32,000 nucleotides of DNA from Candidatus Saccharimonadota bacterium. GTDB lineage: Bacteria; Bacteroidota; Bacteroidia; Flavobacteriales; Blattabacteriaceae. Positions 1-9,843 of this stretch are shown piece by piece. The notes under the pieces were generated by a model that worked only from the letters and a program-made list of their open reading frames with translations, did not search any database and was not told where the DNA came from. The translations under genes were made by a program, and so were the position numbers. The first letter of the stretch is position 1. The number at the start of each line of letters is the position of its first letter. The stretch is from contig NZ_CP006873.1 in the NCBI RefSeq assembly GCF_000709555.1, positions 60,001-92,000 of the forward strand, given 5' to 3'.

Positions 1-1
1 T

Positions 2-1132
2 GCACAAGGTTTTGATGAAAAGAAAGCTAAGAAGGAAGCCCCAATTATGCAAGAAGTTCATCAACTGTTGCGTCTTTGGGAATCTGGAGATGAAAAAATT
101 TTGGCTTTATGGAAAAAAATGAATAACTGGGTATACCAAGGGTTTAAAAAAACCTATAGACAATTAGATATTAATTTTGACTATACTCAGTATGAGAGTA
201 ATACTTACTTATTAGGGAAAAGAGTTATTGAAGAAGGAATAAAAAAAAAGGTCTTCTTTTATAAAGAAGACGGTTCAGTCTGGGTAGATCTTACTAAGGA
301 GGGTCTAGATGAAAAGTTGCTTTTGCGTGCAAATGGAACAGCGGTGTACCTTACACAAGATCTTGGAACAACTATAGAACGTTTTGAAAAATATCCTATA
401 GATTCTCTTATATTTCTCGTTGGAGAAGAACAAAAGTATCATTTTCGTGCGCTTTTTATCATCCTAAAGAAACTCGGATATGTCTGGGCAGATAAGCTTT
501 TCCATCTTTCATATGGCATGGTAGAACTCCCTTCAGGCAAAATGAAGTCTAGAGAAGGCATTGTAGTAGATGCAGATGATCTGTTGGAACAGATGAACCA
601 AGTGGCTAAAAAAATTACAAAAGAACTAGGAAAAGTCCATGATTATTCATCTACTGACTTAAAAACTCTAAGTTTAGGCGCATTGAAATACCATCTCCTA
701 AAAGTCGATCCTAAAAAACGTATTATGTTTAATCCTGAAACTTCAGTAGATTTTAAAGGAAATACAGGGACTTACATCCAGTATACCTATTCTCGTATTC
801 GCTCTTTAGAGAGAAAGGCTATGGCGATAGCATCGAAAAATATTCACCCGTATTCTCCAAGTGAAGAGGAAAAATATTTATTAAAAATCCTAGAACAATA
901 CCCTTCTTTAGTGAAAAGTTCTGCGGAAAATTTTAGTCCAGCTATATTGGCTAATTACATTTATGAACTAGCTAAATCTTTTAACGATTTTTACCAAAAC
1001 GTCAGTGTAAAAATTATTCAAGATAAAAATCTGGATCAGGCTATTTTCCGACTAAAACTTTCTATTTTGTGTGGAGAAGTTTTAAAATTAGGCCTGAAAC
1101 TTTTGGGAATCAATATGCCAGAACGTATGTAG
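2..1132 (+). CDS. argS: Arginine--tRNA ligase, C-terminal ~376 codons (5' end lies upstream of the window)
   Basis: Frame 2 is open from the window edge (AQGFDEKKAKKEAPIMQEV...), so the listed 47..1132 ORF is only the part after an internal Met. The sequence is class I ArgRS core plus the helical anticodon-binding end (ANGTAVYLTQDLGT ... GINMPERM, the typical ArgRS C-terminus). Confidence 0.95.
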   Translation, partial: AQGFDEKKAKKEAPIMQEVHQLLRLWESGDEKILALWKKMNNWVYQGFKKTYRQLDINFDYTQYESNTYLLGKRVIEEGIKKKVFFYKEDGSVWVDLTKEGLDEKLLLRANGTAVYLTQDLGTTIERFEKYPIDSLIFLVGEEQKYHFRALFIILKKLGYVWADKLFHLSYGMVELPSGKMKSREGIVVDADDLLEQMNQVAKKITKELGKVHDYSSTDLKTLSLGALKYHLLKVDPKKRIMFNPETSVDFKGNTGTYIQYTYSRIRSLERKAMAIASKNIHPYSPSEEEKYLLKILEQYPSLVKSSAENFSPAILANYIYELAKSFNDFYQNVSVKIIQDKNLDQAIFRLKLSILCGEVLKLGLKLLGINMPERM

Positions 1133-1135
1133 TCT

Positions 1136-1922
1136 ATGTTTGATATCCCGTCAAGGAAGTATTGAGTAAGATTTCAGAACCCATAAAAGAATTACGTCGT
1201 GTTTTACTTAATGCTGATGTGAATTTGAAAGTAGCTAAAAAAGTTCTAATAAAGATTGTACACAGTGAACTCGTAGAACTTCTGGGTCTACCAGGTAAAA
1301 CAACTTTTTCCGTCAAATTAGCTTCTTACTTGTCCAGTAAAGAACGGAAAAATCCTTTATTAGTATCTGTTGATATTTCACGACCTGCAGCAATAGAACA
1401 ACTTAAAAAATCATATGCGAGAGTTAAGTGTAATGATGTATTAATAATAGATCACGCAGGACGTATAGATGAAGCTCTGATGAATGAAATCAAATATCTT
1501 TATCAAGAAAGATGTCGAGACTCTTTTTGTAGACAGGACAAGATTCAGTGAATCCCGCACCACGATATTTTAAATTATGAAGGCGGACAAACTAGATGGA
1601 GCACTAACTATTCGAAGTGTTGGACCCATTAAATTCATAAGCACTGGTGAAAATATGAGTATTACGAGTTTCTGCAACAACTAAAAAAAATACCAGGATG
1701 AAAGAATTTTCCTTTAAAATCATTGAGGCTATTATCTATTCTCTGACTCCTAAAGAACGGAAACATCCTAATATTATCAATCGAAAAAACCGAATCGCTA
1801 GTGAGTCTGTAACCTCTGAAGAAAAATTTCTACTTAAGCAATTAGAACATATGAGAAAATTAATAAATCCTTCGATAAAAAATATAATCACTACTATTTT
1901 TTCTGTAATATCTGATCTATGA
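1136..1922 (+). pseudogene. ffh: Signal recognition particle protein Ffh, multi-frameshift and deletion relic
   Basis: Four collinear pieces in different frames align to Ffh. (1) MFDIPSRKY* at 1136-1165; Ffh starts MFDNL. (2) 1162-1551: RRVLLNADVNLKVAKK, a collapsed P-loop GLPGKTT, SVDISRPAAIEQLKK, and DHAGR in place of DTAGR. (3) 1577-1684: MKADKLDGALTIRSVGPIKFISTGE, the G4/G5 region. (4) 1698-1922: M-domain tail IEAIIYSLTPKERKHPNII..RIASES. About 790 bp remain of a gene normally about 1.3 kb. Confidence 0.85.
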
Positions 1923-3853
1923 CAGACTCTTCTTCTAAGGAAAAGATGATCTGTATCATGTTTTCTAACGGTAAATCAAAAAAATTTCCATTGGGAACTT
2001 TACCGATTGAAATAGTTCATAATATCAATAAATCATTAGCTAATCGTGTATTATCTGCTAGTATAGATGGAAAACAAATAGAACTTGATACTCCAATAAC
2101 TCAAGATGTACATATTGAATTTTATACCTGGGAAGATCCGATGGGAAAAAAAGCCTTTTGGCATTCATCCGCACATTTGTTGGCACAAGCTATTTTAAAA
2201 ATGTATCCCAAATCTCTATTAACTATAGGGTCACCTATTGAGAATGGTTTTTATTATGACGTTGATATGTCTCTTTCAGAGAAAGATTTTATTCATATTG
2301 AAACTATTATGATTGAAAATGCTAGAAAATGTTCATCTTTTCATCTGTATAAAGTTTCTAAAGTAGAGGCATTAAATTTTTATAACAAAAATTCTTATAA
2401 AACAGAATTAATCCAAAATTTGGAGTCTAGTAATATTACTTTTTGTCGTCACGACGATTTTGTTGATCAATGCCAAGGTGGGCATATTCCTGGTACTGGT
2501 TGTATTAAATACGTCAAAATTCTTAGTCTCTCCGGAGTTTATTGGTCTGGTGATAAAAACAACAAGCAAATTACAAGAATTTATGGGATTTCTTTTCCTA
2601 ATCAAAAAGAACTTTCTGATTACTTATTACGTTTTGAAGAGTCTAAAAATAGAGATCATCGGAAGCTAGGAAAAGAACTTGGTTTATTTACTTTTTCAGA
2701 AAGAGTAGGATCTGGTCTCCCACTTTGGCAACCCAAAGGAGCTATTTTACGAAAGTGTTTGAAGGATTTTCTACTTCGGAAACAAAAAAAATATGGTTAT
2801 GAAATGGTAGTTACCCCACACATTGGATATAAATCTCTTTATGAAATTTCAGGCCATTGGGATAAATATGGTAAGGATAGTTTTTGGTCTATATCCTCCC
2901 CTAATAAGGATGCCGAATTTTTATTAAAACCTATGAATTGTCCACACCATTGCGAAATTTACCTGTCCCAACAATGGTCTTATCGTGACCTTCCCAAAAG
3001 ATTCTCTGAATTTGGTACTGTATACCGATATGAACAAAAAGGAGAACTTCATGGTTTAATGCGTGTTAGAGGGTTTACTCAAGATGATGCTCATATTTTT
3101 TGTACTACTGACCAGCTTTTAGAAGAATTTAAAAAAGTTATTGAATTGGTGCTCTATAGTTTACAATCTTTTGGGTTTAAAGATTACACAGCTCAGATCT
3201 CTCTTAGAGATCAGAAAACGCCTAATAAATATATAGGAACAGATGATAATTGGAAAAAATCTGAACATGCTATCATCCAGGCGGCAACAGATAAAAATTT
3301 AAAAATAAACATCTCCTATGGAGAAGCAGCTTTTTACGGTCCAAAATTGGATTTTATTGTAAAGGATGCTTTAGGACGGAGTTGGCAGTTAGGTACTATT
3401 CAGGTAGACTATAATCTTCCTGATAGGTTTAATTTACAATACAGAGGAGTAGATAATCAATGGGATCGTCCTGTAATGATACATAGAGCGTCTTTTGGTT
3501 CTTTGGAACGTTTTATAGCTATTCTCTTAGAGCATACTTCTGGTAATTTTCCTTTTTGGCTAGCACCGATTCAAGTTATGATTCTTCCCATAAGTTATAA
3601 ACATATACTTTATGCAAAAAAAGTTTTAAATTTGTTATACGAATTTGATATTCGTGTCAATATTGATATTCGTGATGAGAAAATTAGTAAAAAAATCATA
3701 GATTCGGAGATGTCTAAAATTCCCTTCATGATATTAGTAGGAGATAAAGAGGTTACTTGCGGGAATATTTCCGTAAGAGCACATAAAGAAGGAAATCTCG
3801 GTGCTTATTCTAAAGAAGAATTTATAGATTTAATAAAATCTAAACTTGTATAA
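1919..3853 (+). CDS. thrS: Threonine--tRNA ligase
   Basis: 644-aa ORF with a TGS-like N-terminus, the editing-domain HSSAHLLAQA motif, and class II core (LKPMNCPHH, FRYE-like VYRYEQKGELHGLMRVRGFTQDDAHIF, QLGTIQVDYNLPDRF). The start overlaps the ffh relic stop (ATGA). An alternative start is Met10 at 1946. Confidence 0.97.
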   Translation: MTDSSSKEKMICIMFSNGKSKKFPLGTLPIEIVHNINKSLANRVLSASIDGKQIELDTPITQDVHIEFYTWEDPMGKKAFWHSSAHLLAQAILKMYPKSLLTIGSPIENGFYYDVDMSLSEKDFIHIETIMIENARKCSSFHLYKVSKVEALNFYNKNSYKTELIQNLESSNITFCRHDDFVDQCQGGHIPGTGCIKYVKILSLSGVYWSGDKNNKQITRIYGISFPNQKELSDYLLRFEESKNRDHRKLGKELGLFTFSERVGSGLPLWQPKGAILRKCLKDFLLRKQKKYGYEMVVTPHIGYKSLYEISGHWDKYGKDSFWSISSPNKDAEFLLKPMNCPHHCEIYLSQQWSYRDLPKRFSEFGTVYRYEQKGELHGLMRVRGFTQDDAHIFCTTDQLLEEFKKVIELVLYSLQSFGFKDYTAQISLRDQKTPNKYIGTDDNWKKSEHAIIQAATDKNLKINISYGEAAFYGPKLDFIVKDALGRSWQLGTIQVDYNLPDRFNLQYRGVDNQWDRPVMIHRASFGSLERFIAILLEHTSGNFPFWLAPIQVMILPISYKHILYAKKVLNLLYEFDIRVNIDIRDEKISKKIIDSEMSKIPFMILVGDKEVTCGNISVRAHKEGNLGAYSKEEFIDLIKSKLV

Positions 3854-4365
3854 TGAAGAATAAGAACCAGAAGACTAATCATAGGATCAATGATAGTATC
3901 ACATCTATTGATATCCGTTTAGTGGGAGATAATGTCAAAAACGGAATATATTCCTTACGATATTCCCTAAATCTAGCTAAAAATCTGGGATTGGATTTAG
4001 TAGAAATTAATCCTAATATGTCCCCTCCTGTTTGCAAATTACTAGATTATAATAAATTTCTTTATGAACAGAAGAAAAAGCAAAAAAAACTTAAACAGAA
4101 TCAGGTCAAAGAAATCCGTTTTGGTCCACAAATCTATGAACACGATTATGAATTTAAAAAAAATAATGCTAGAAAATTTCTACAAGAAGGATCTAAGGTG
4201 AGACTCATAGTATTTTTCAAAGGACGATCTATAATCTATAAAAACCAGGGCGAGGTCTTATTATTCCGTTTAGCAAGAGACCTTGAAGATTGCTCTAAGA
4301 CAGAACGTATGCCTTATCTTGAAGGGAAAAGAATGTTCCTAGTTTTAACCCCAAAAATCATATAA
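3853..4365 (+). CDS. infC: Translation initiation factor IF-3
   Basis: 170 aa with [48 protein letters not shown] and KEIRFGPQI. Its ATG overlaps the thrS stop (TAATG). It lies in the conserved thrS-infC-rpmI-rplT order. Confidence 0.93.
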   Translation: MKNKNQKTNHRINDSITSIDIRLVGDNVKNGIYSLRYSLNLAKNLGLDLVEINPNMSPPVCKLLDYNKFLYEQKKKQKKLKQNQVKEIRFGPQIYEHDYEFKKNNARKFLQEGSKVRLIVFFKGRSIIYKNQGEVLLFRLARDLEDCSKTERMPYLEGKRMFLVLTPKII

Positions 4366-4376
4366 TTTATTTTACA

Positions 4377-4574
4377 ATGTTTAAGTTGAAAACTAAGTCT
4401 AGCGCTAAAAAACGTTTTAAATTGACTTCTAATGGTTTGATAAGAAGAAAGCATGCTTTTAAAAATCATATCCTAACTAAAAAATCTATTCATAGAAAAC
4501 GTAGATTAACTTGTTTTTCCATTGTTAGAAAATCGGATGAGAAAAATATCAAAAGACAATTGTTAATAGGTTAA
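4377..4574 (+). CDS. rpmI: 50S ribosomal protein L35
   Basis: 65-aa highly basic ORF ([34 protein letters not shown]) between infC and rplT. Confidence 0.9.
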   Translation: MFKLKTKSSAKKRFKLTSNGLIRRKHAFKNHILTKKSIHRKRRLTCFSIVRKSDEKNIKRQLLIG

Positions 4575-4579
4575 GTGAC

Positions 4580-4924
4580 ATGCCAAGATCAGTGAACGCG
4601 GTGGCTTCCAAAGCCAGGAGAAAAAAAATACTTAAAACGGCGAAGGGTTATTATGGAGCACGAAGTAAGGTTTTTACTGTTGCTAAAAACGCTGTCGAAA
4701 AATCTCTCCTATACGCTTATATAGGACGTAAAAGAAAAAAAAGATCTTTTAGGAGATTATGGATTCAGCGTATTAATGCTGGCTCTAGAGAGTATGGATT
4801 ATCTTATTCTAAGTTAATGAATAAGCTATCAAAAAATAATCTCAGTCTTAATAGAAAAGTCCTCGCCGACTTAGCTATACATCATCCTGATGCTTTTAAA
4901 GTCATTGTAGAAAAAGTCCAGTGA
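4580..4924 (+). CDS. rplT: 50S ribosomal protein L20
   Basis: 114 aa starting [32 protein letters not shown], then [10 protein letters not shown]. This is the canonical L20 sequence in its operon position. Confidence 0.95.
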   Translation: MPRSVNAVASKARRKKILKTAKGYYGARSKVFTVAKNAVEKSLLYAYIGRKRKKRSFRRLWIQRINAGSREYGLSYSKLMNKLSKNNLSLNRKVLADLAIHHPDAFKVIVEKVQ

Positions 4925-4935
4925 ATTATTTAATT

Positions 4936-5427
4936 CTATAAATTTTTTTTTATTAAATTTCGTTTGAATGATGGAAGATAGTCTATAAATAATTTTCCAT
5001 TAAGGTGGTCATACTCATGCTGTACTACCCTAGCTTCTATTCCATGAAGAGTCTCTTTGCATTTTTCCCAATGTTCATTATAATATTCTATTTCGATTTT
5101 TTTAGGGCGTACCACATTTTCTATAATTTTTGGTATGCTTAAACATCCTTCTTTATATTTCCAAAGATCTATATGGGCCTTTCTTATTTTAGGATTGATG
5201 AAAATCTCTTTAAAAGAACTCTCTCTCTCCGTCAGGAGAGAAATATCGACGATAAAAAGTTGGATACTCAAACCTACTTGAGGTGCAGCTAAACCAATCC
5301 CATTAGCTTGGTACATGGTCATAAACATCTTATTAATAATTTTTTGAATCTTTAAAAAGGAAGTTTCTACTTTTTTACATTTTTTCCTTAACACAGGGTC
5401 TCCATATAGAGAGATAGGTAACATCAT
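4936..5427 (-). CDS. def: Peptide deformylase (compact, 163 aa)
   Basis: All three deformylase motifs are present: GIGLAAPQVG, EGCLSIP and QHEYDHLNG. Confidence 0.93.
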   Translation of the reverse strand: MMLPISLYGDPVLRKKCKKVETSFLKIQKIINKMFMTMYQANGIGLAAPQVGLSIQLFIVDISLLTERESSFKEIFINPKIRKAHIDLWKYKEGCLSIPKIIENVVRPKKIEIEYYNEHWEKCKETLHGIEARVVQHEYDHLNGKLFIDYLPSFKRNLIKKNL

Positions 5428-5442
5428 TTAATTATATTTTCT

Positions 5443-5847
5443 CTATCCAAGATAATCTTGTAAAATTAATACAGCGCTTATTTCATCAATTAGCGCTTTA
5501 TTCTTCCTATATTTTTTTTTTAATTTAATATATGTTATAGAATCTTTAGCTATTTTTGAAGTAAAACGTTCATCTACACGAACTACAGGAATTTTTTCAA
5601 AAATTGATCGAAAATTTTTAATAAATGTTTGAATATCCTTTTCGAGATCAAAGTATTGATTTTTCCATTTTTTAGGATCTCCTACAATTAGTGTCTTAAC
5701 TCTCTCTTTATAGAGGTACGAATTTAAAAAAATCATTAATTCTGATGTTTTCACAGTTTTTAATCCGAAAGCAATCATTCCAAACGGATCAGTTACTGCC
5801 AATCCTGTTCTCTTTTTTCCATAATCTATGGCTAATATTCGTGACAC
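5443..5847 (-). CDS. ruvX: YqgF/RuvX-type putative Holliday junction resolvase / pre-16S rRNA nuclease
   Basis: 134 aa with the N-terminal ILAIDYGKKRTGLAVTDP motif and DERFTS. It contains an in-frame A10 run on the coding strand (T10 at 5512-5521 on the + strand). Confidence 0.85.
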   Translation of the reverse strand: MSRILAIDYGKKRTGLAVTDPFGMIAFGLKTVKTSELMIFLNSYLYKERVKTLIVGDPKKWKNQYFDLEKDIQTFIKNFRSIFEKIPVVRVDERFTSKIAKDSITYIKLKKKYRKNKALIDEISAVLILQDYLG

Positions 5848-5886
5848 TCTCTATATAAATTTTTTGTTATAGAAACCCTGAGAATT

Positions 5887-6705
5887 ATGCAAGAAGATCT
5901 TAAAAAACAGATAGACATTGCTTGGAAAAGCAAAAAAAAACGTTTCACTGATGAAACTAAAAGAATAGTATTTCAGACCATTTCAAAGCTTGATAGTGGA
6001 GAGATTAGAGTTGCACAGTCTACAGAAGAAGGATGGAAAATGAACGAATGGATAAAAAAGGCAATACTCATGTATTTTTCTATAAGAGAGATGAAAACGT
6101 ATGAATTGGGTCCGTTAGAATTTCATGATAAGATTCCTATTAAATCAGAATATAATAAAAAAGATGTCCGTGTAGTTCCCCATGCCATTGCTAGATATGG
6201 ATCTTATCTTTCTAAAGGGGTTATATTGATGCCTTCTTATGTTAATATAGGTGCTTACATAGGTCATAACACAATGATAGATACTTGGGCAACGGTTGGA
6301 AGTTGTGCCCAGATTGGTTCACGTGTTCACGTAAGTGGTGGTGTCGGTATTGGCGGAGTCCTAGAACCTTTACAAGCAGTTCCAGTAATCATTGAAGATG
6401 ATGTTTTTATAGGATCTAGATGTATAGTAGTAGAGGGAGTGCATGTAGAAAAAGAAGCAGTTTTAGGAGCGGGGGTTATTCTCACTGGTTCGACTAAAAT
6501 TATAGATGTTACAGGGCCATTTTCTCTAGAAATTAGAGGCCGGATTCCCAGTAGATCAGTGGTTATTCCAGGGACCTATCCTAAGAATTTTCCTTCAGGA
6601 ATTTACCAGGTTCCTTGCGCACTTATTATAGGAAAACGTAAAGAAAGTACAGATAAAAAAACTTCTTTGAATGAAACTCTTCGTGAATATTCTTTATCTG
6701 TTTAA
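5887..6705 (+). CDS. dapD: 2,3,4,5-tetrahydropyridine-2,6-dicarboxylate N-succinyltransferase (lysine/DAP pathway)
   Basis: 272 aa with a left-handed beta-helix hexapeptide region (IGHNTMIDTWATVGSCAQIGSRVHVSGGVGIGGVLEP...IIEDDVFIGSRCIVVEGV) and a DapD-type N-terminal domain. Confidence 0.9.
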   Translation: MQEDLKKQIDIAWKSKKKRFTDETKRIVFQTISKLDSGEIRVAQSTEEGWKMNEWIKKAILMYFSIREMKTYELGPLEFHDKIPIKSEYNKKDVRVVPHAIARYGSYLSKGVILMPSYVNIGAYIGHNTMIDTWATVGSCAQIGSRVHVSGGVGIGGVLEPLQAVPVIIEDDVFIGSRCIVVEGVHVEKEAVLGAGVILTGSTKIIDVTGPFSLEIRGRIPSRSVVIPGTYPKNFPSGIYQVPCALIIGKRKESTDKKTSLNETLREYSLSV

Positions 6706-6717
6706 TAAGAAGAGACT

Positions 6718-8005
6718 ATGTATTTGAATAGCGCTATTAAAAATAGAATATTTAGGAGTCTATCATCTTCAGAAATGAACCCAGATTACTATGTCATAGG
6801 AGGGTCTGATGTTCTTCTTAAGAAGCCTAAATATATTGATATAGTAACAGTGGCAGTTTCTAAACGCTTGAATATTTCTTATCAAAGAACCTGTTTTAAA
6901 AACTTTGGTACAGCTATTCTAAAATATAGGAATCATGAAATTGAATTCATAGGAGCTCGTAAAGAATCTGACAGAAATGATAGCCGTAAACCCATTGGTT
7001 CTTACGACCAAAAACGTAGGGATCAGGCGATAAGCCTGAATACGTTTAATTATGGTAAATTAATTGATGGACTTTCTGAATCTAAAGATTATTCGTCTCC
7101 ATGGGTTACTTATTCTTCCGATACATTGCGAATGTTGCGAGCTCTCCGATTTTCTAGCCAGCTTGATAAGGCGATTTGTCTACAAAAAAAATAGTATCCA
7201 TATCGTTTCTATTGAACGAATCATGGAAGAATTTAATAAGATTATGCTTTCACGTAAACCTTCTGTTGGGTTAAAACTTTTGCACAAATCTGGATTGTTA
7301 TCAAAGATTTTACCAGAACTGACTGATCTCGAAGGAGTCGAAGAAAAAGAAGGACATTATCATAAGGATAATTTTTTTCACACTCTTGAGGTAGTAGATA
7401 ATATAAGTAAAGTCTCAGATTCACTTTGGTTACGATGGGCGGCTCTTTTGCATGATATTGGAAAATCTCTCACTAAAAAATATGTCTCACCTATAGGGTG
7501 GACGTTTCATTCTCATGAATTTGTAGGATCACGTATGATTATAACATTGTTTCAAAGATTGAAATTCCCTATGGGATCTACTGTGAAATATGTTAAGAAA
7601 ATTGTTCAATTGAGTTCACGACCTATAGCTTTGGTGAGTAAAGAAGCGACTGATTCAGCATTTCGTCGTTTATTATTTGATGCTGGAAAAGATATTGATG
7701 ATCTCATGTTGCTATGTAAAGCAGATATTACCACAAAAAATTCTGAAAAACGATATCGTTATAAGAATAATTTTGCCTTAGTGGAAAAAAAATTGCTTCA
7801 GATTGAAGAAAAAGATAGAATCCGGAATTGGCAATCTCCAATTTCAGGAGAAGAAATTATGAAAATTTTTAATTTACGTCCCTCTCCTAAAGTTGGAATT
7901 ATAAAAAAGTCCATAAAGGAAGCGGTTTTAGAGGGAAAGATTGCTACCGATAGGGAATCAGTATATTCCTTTATTCTTAAAAAGGGTAAAGAATTAGGTT
8001 GGTAA
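6718..8005 (+). pseudogene. cca: CCA-adding tRNA nucleotidyltransferase / HD-domain protein, with an eroded head domain and a frameshift
   Basis: Homology runs in frame 1 (6718-7194, ...SSDTLRMLRALRFSSQL) and moves to frame 2 (...IVSIERIMEEFNKIM to 8005) at the A8 run 7184-7191. Head motifs are damaged: GGSDVLLKKPKYIDIV versus GGxVRDxLL....DxD, and RRDQAISLN versus RRDxxxNA. The HD part is intact (HYHKDNFFHTLEVV, LLHDIGK, HEFVGSRM). Confidence 0.8.
7184..7191 (+). other. A8 homopolymer at the cca frame switch; loss of one A would join the two frames
   Basis: Read directly: cta caa aaa aaa tag in frame 1, versus tac aaa aaa aat agt atc cat (YKKNSIH...) in frame 2. Confidence 0.9.
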
Positions 8006-8028
8006 TACGGACTGCGTCCCCTGGCTGC

Positions 8029-8952
8029 TTAATGCAGGTGTTTATATGCATGATAAGAAGAACGCACTAAAGCCCCGCTTTCTACATGTCTAAATCCCAT
8101 TTTTAACCCTATTTCTTCATATTTTTTAAATTGTTTTGGAGTTATAAATTCTTTTACCGGTATCTGTTTTTTTGTCGGTTGTAAATACTGTCCTATAGTA
8201 AGGATATCTACGCCTGAAGATTTTAAAACTTCCATAAGTTCAAGAACTTCTATTTCAGTTTCTCCCAATCCTAGCATAATTCCACTCTTTATTCGAGGTT
8301 GTCCCATTCTTTTTAAATAACGTAATACTTCGAGGCTACGATCATATTTAGCTTGTATTCTTACCTCTCTACTTAGTCTCGAAATCGTTTCCATATTATG
8401 AGAAATAACTTCTGGACGTTCCCGAAGGATTTTATCTAAAAAAAATGTATTTCCTTTAAAATCAGGTATAAGAGTTTCTAGTGTGGTGCTTGGATTGAAT
8501 ATCCTAATTTTTCGTATGGTATCTACCCAAATAAACGAACCCATATCCTTTAGATCGTCTCGATTTACCGAAGTAATAACTGCATGTTTGATATGCATTA
8601 GTTTTATAGAGATAGCTATCTTTTTAGGCTCTTCCCAGTCAATATTTTCTGGTCTGCCTGTTTTGACGCCACAAAATCTACAAGATCTCGTACAAATATT
8701 TCCAAGAATCATAAAAGTAGCTACTCCTCTACCCCAGCATTCTCCTATATTTGGGCATATTCCACTTTGACAAATGGTATGAAGATTATATTGGTCAACC
8801 AACCTACGAATTTTCCTATAATTTTCTCCTGTAGGTAATTTAACACGAATCCAATTAGGTTTAACATAATTTTCTCTCATAGTTTCAATCTCCTGTTTTA
8901 CGGGGTCTCTTGATTCTTGGGCTACTAGGTGATCACGGCAGGAGGGGGACAT
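8029..8952 (-). CDS. lipA: Lipoyl synthase (radical SAM)
   Basis: Contains CPNIGECWG, the radical-SAM CTRSCRFC motif and a conserved C-terminus ([12 protein letters not shown]). The longest ORF starts at 8952 with an unusually GC-rich 24-codon leader. An internal ATG at 8880 ([16 protein letters not shown]) is an equally plausible start. Confidence 0.93.
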   Translation of the reverse strand: MSPSCRDHLVAQESRDPVKQEIETMRENYVKPNWIRVKLPTGENYRKIRRLVDQYNLHTICQSGICPNIGECWGRGVATFMILGNICTRSCRFCGVKTGRPENIDWEEPKKIAISIKLMHIKHAVITSVNRDDLKDMGSFIWVDTIRKIRIFNPSTTLETLIPDFKGNTFFLDKILRERPEVISHNMETISRLSREVRIQAKYDRSLEVLRYLKRMGQPRIKSGIMLGLGETEIEVLELMEVLKSSGVDILTIGQYLQPTKKQIPVKEFITPKQFKKYEEIGLKMGFRHVESGALVRSSYHAYKHLH

Positions 8953-9054
8953 ACAGACTTCTTAAGTTTTATTAAAACCGACATTCTCCTCTTCTAGATC
9001 ATACTAGCCGAATAAGTTACTAAATTTGAGGACATCAGAAAATAAGTATGAAGT

Positions 9055-9843
9055 ATGATTAGTAAATTACAAGAAGTTACTGTAGAAAAAAAGCTTAGAG
9101 ATTTGTATGACTTACAACTCATAGATTCTCGTATAGACGAAATAAACTCTCTTATAGAGAACTTTCCAATAGAAATTCACGAAATTGAAAATGAAGTCAA
9201 AAAGTTACAAAATAAAGTTGAAAAAATCCAGAAAGAAATTTATGGATATCGCAGTTCCTTACAGAAAAAAAAAGAAATGATAAAAGAGGACGAAAATGAT
9301 ATAAAAAAATCCAAAAAACAGCAAGATCAAATCCGTAATAATCGTGAATTAAAATCTTTAAGTAAGGAAATAGAATCCCAAGAACTTGAAATTGAGTTAG
9401 CTAACAAAAACATTAAGGATTTTGAAATGAAACTCTCTCAAAAAGAGTCTCTCCTTGAGGAATCCGAAATTCTTTACAAGAAAAAGAAAGAACACGTTTT
9501 GAAAAAAAGAAAAGAACTTTATAGAGTTATACAAAACTATCAAAAAGAGCAAAAAATCTTATTAAAATATTCGGTGATTTTTTCAAAAAAAATAGAACCT
9601 CATTTATTAAAAAAATACAATAGGATACGTTCTAAAGTTAAAAATGGTTTAGCTATTGTTACAGTAGATAGAGGGGCTTCAGGAGGATCTTTCTTTATCA
9701 TTCCTCCGCAGGAATATTTAGACATCATACAACGGAAAAAAATAGTTTTTGATGCACATAGCGGATGTATAGTAATTGACGCTGCTTTAGCAGAAGAGGA
9801 ACGTAAACGAATTTTGGATGAAAAAAATTTTATAGCCCATTAG
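9055..9843 (+). CDS. Coiled-coil protein of the DUF164/COG1579 family (C4 zinc-ribbon family; cysteines not conserved here)
   Basis: 262 aa. There is a long K/E-rich heptad-like region, then a conserved tail NGLAIVTVDRGASGGSFFIIPPQEYLDIIQRKKIVFDAHSGCIVID that resembles the family C-terminus. The function is unknown. Confidence 0.7.
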   Translation: MISKLQEVTVEKKLRDLYDLQLIDSRIDEINSLIENFPIEIHEIENEVKKLQNKVEKIQKEIYGYRSSLQKKKEMIKEDENDIKKSKKQQDQIRNNRELKSLSKEIESQELEIELANKNIKDFEMKLSQKESLLEESEILYKKKKEHVLKKRKELYRVIQNYQKEQKILLKYSVIFSKKIEPHLLKKYNRIRSKVKNGLAIVTVDRGASGGSFFIIPPQEYLDIIQRKKIVFDAHSGCIVIDAALAEEERKRILDEKNFIAH

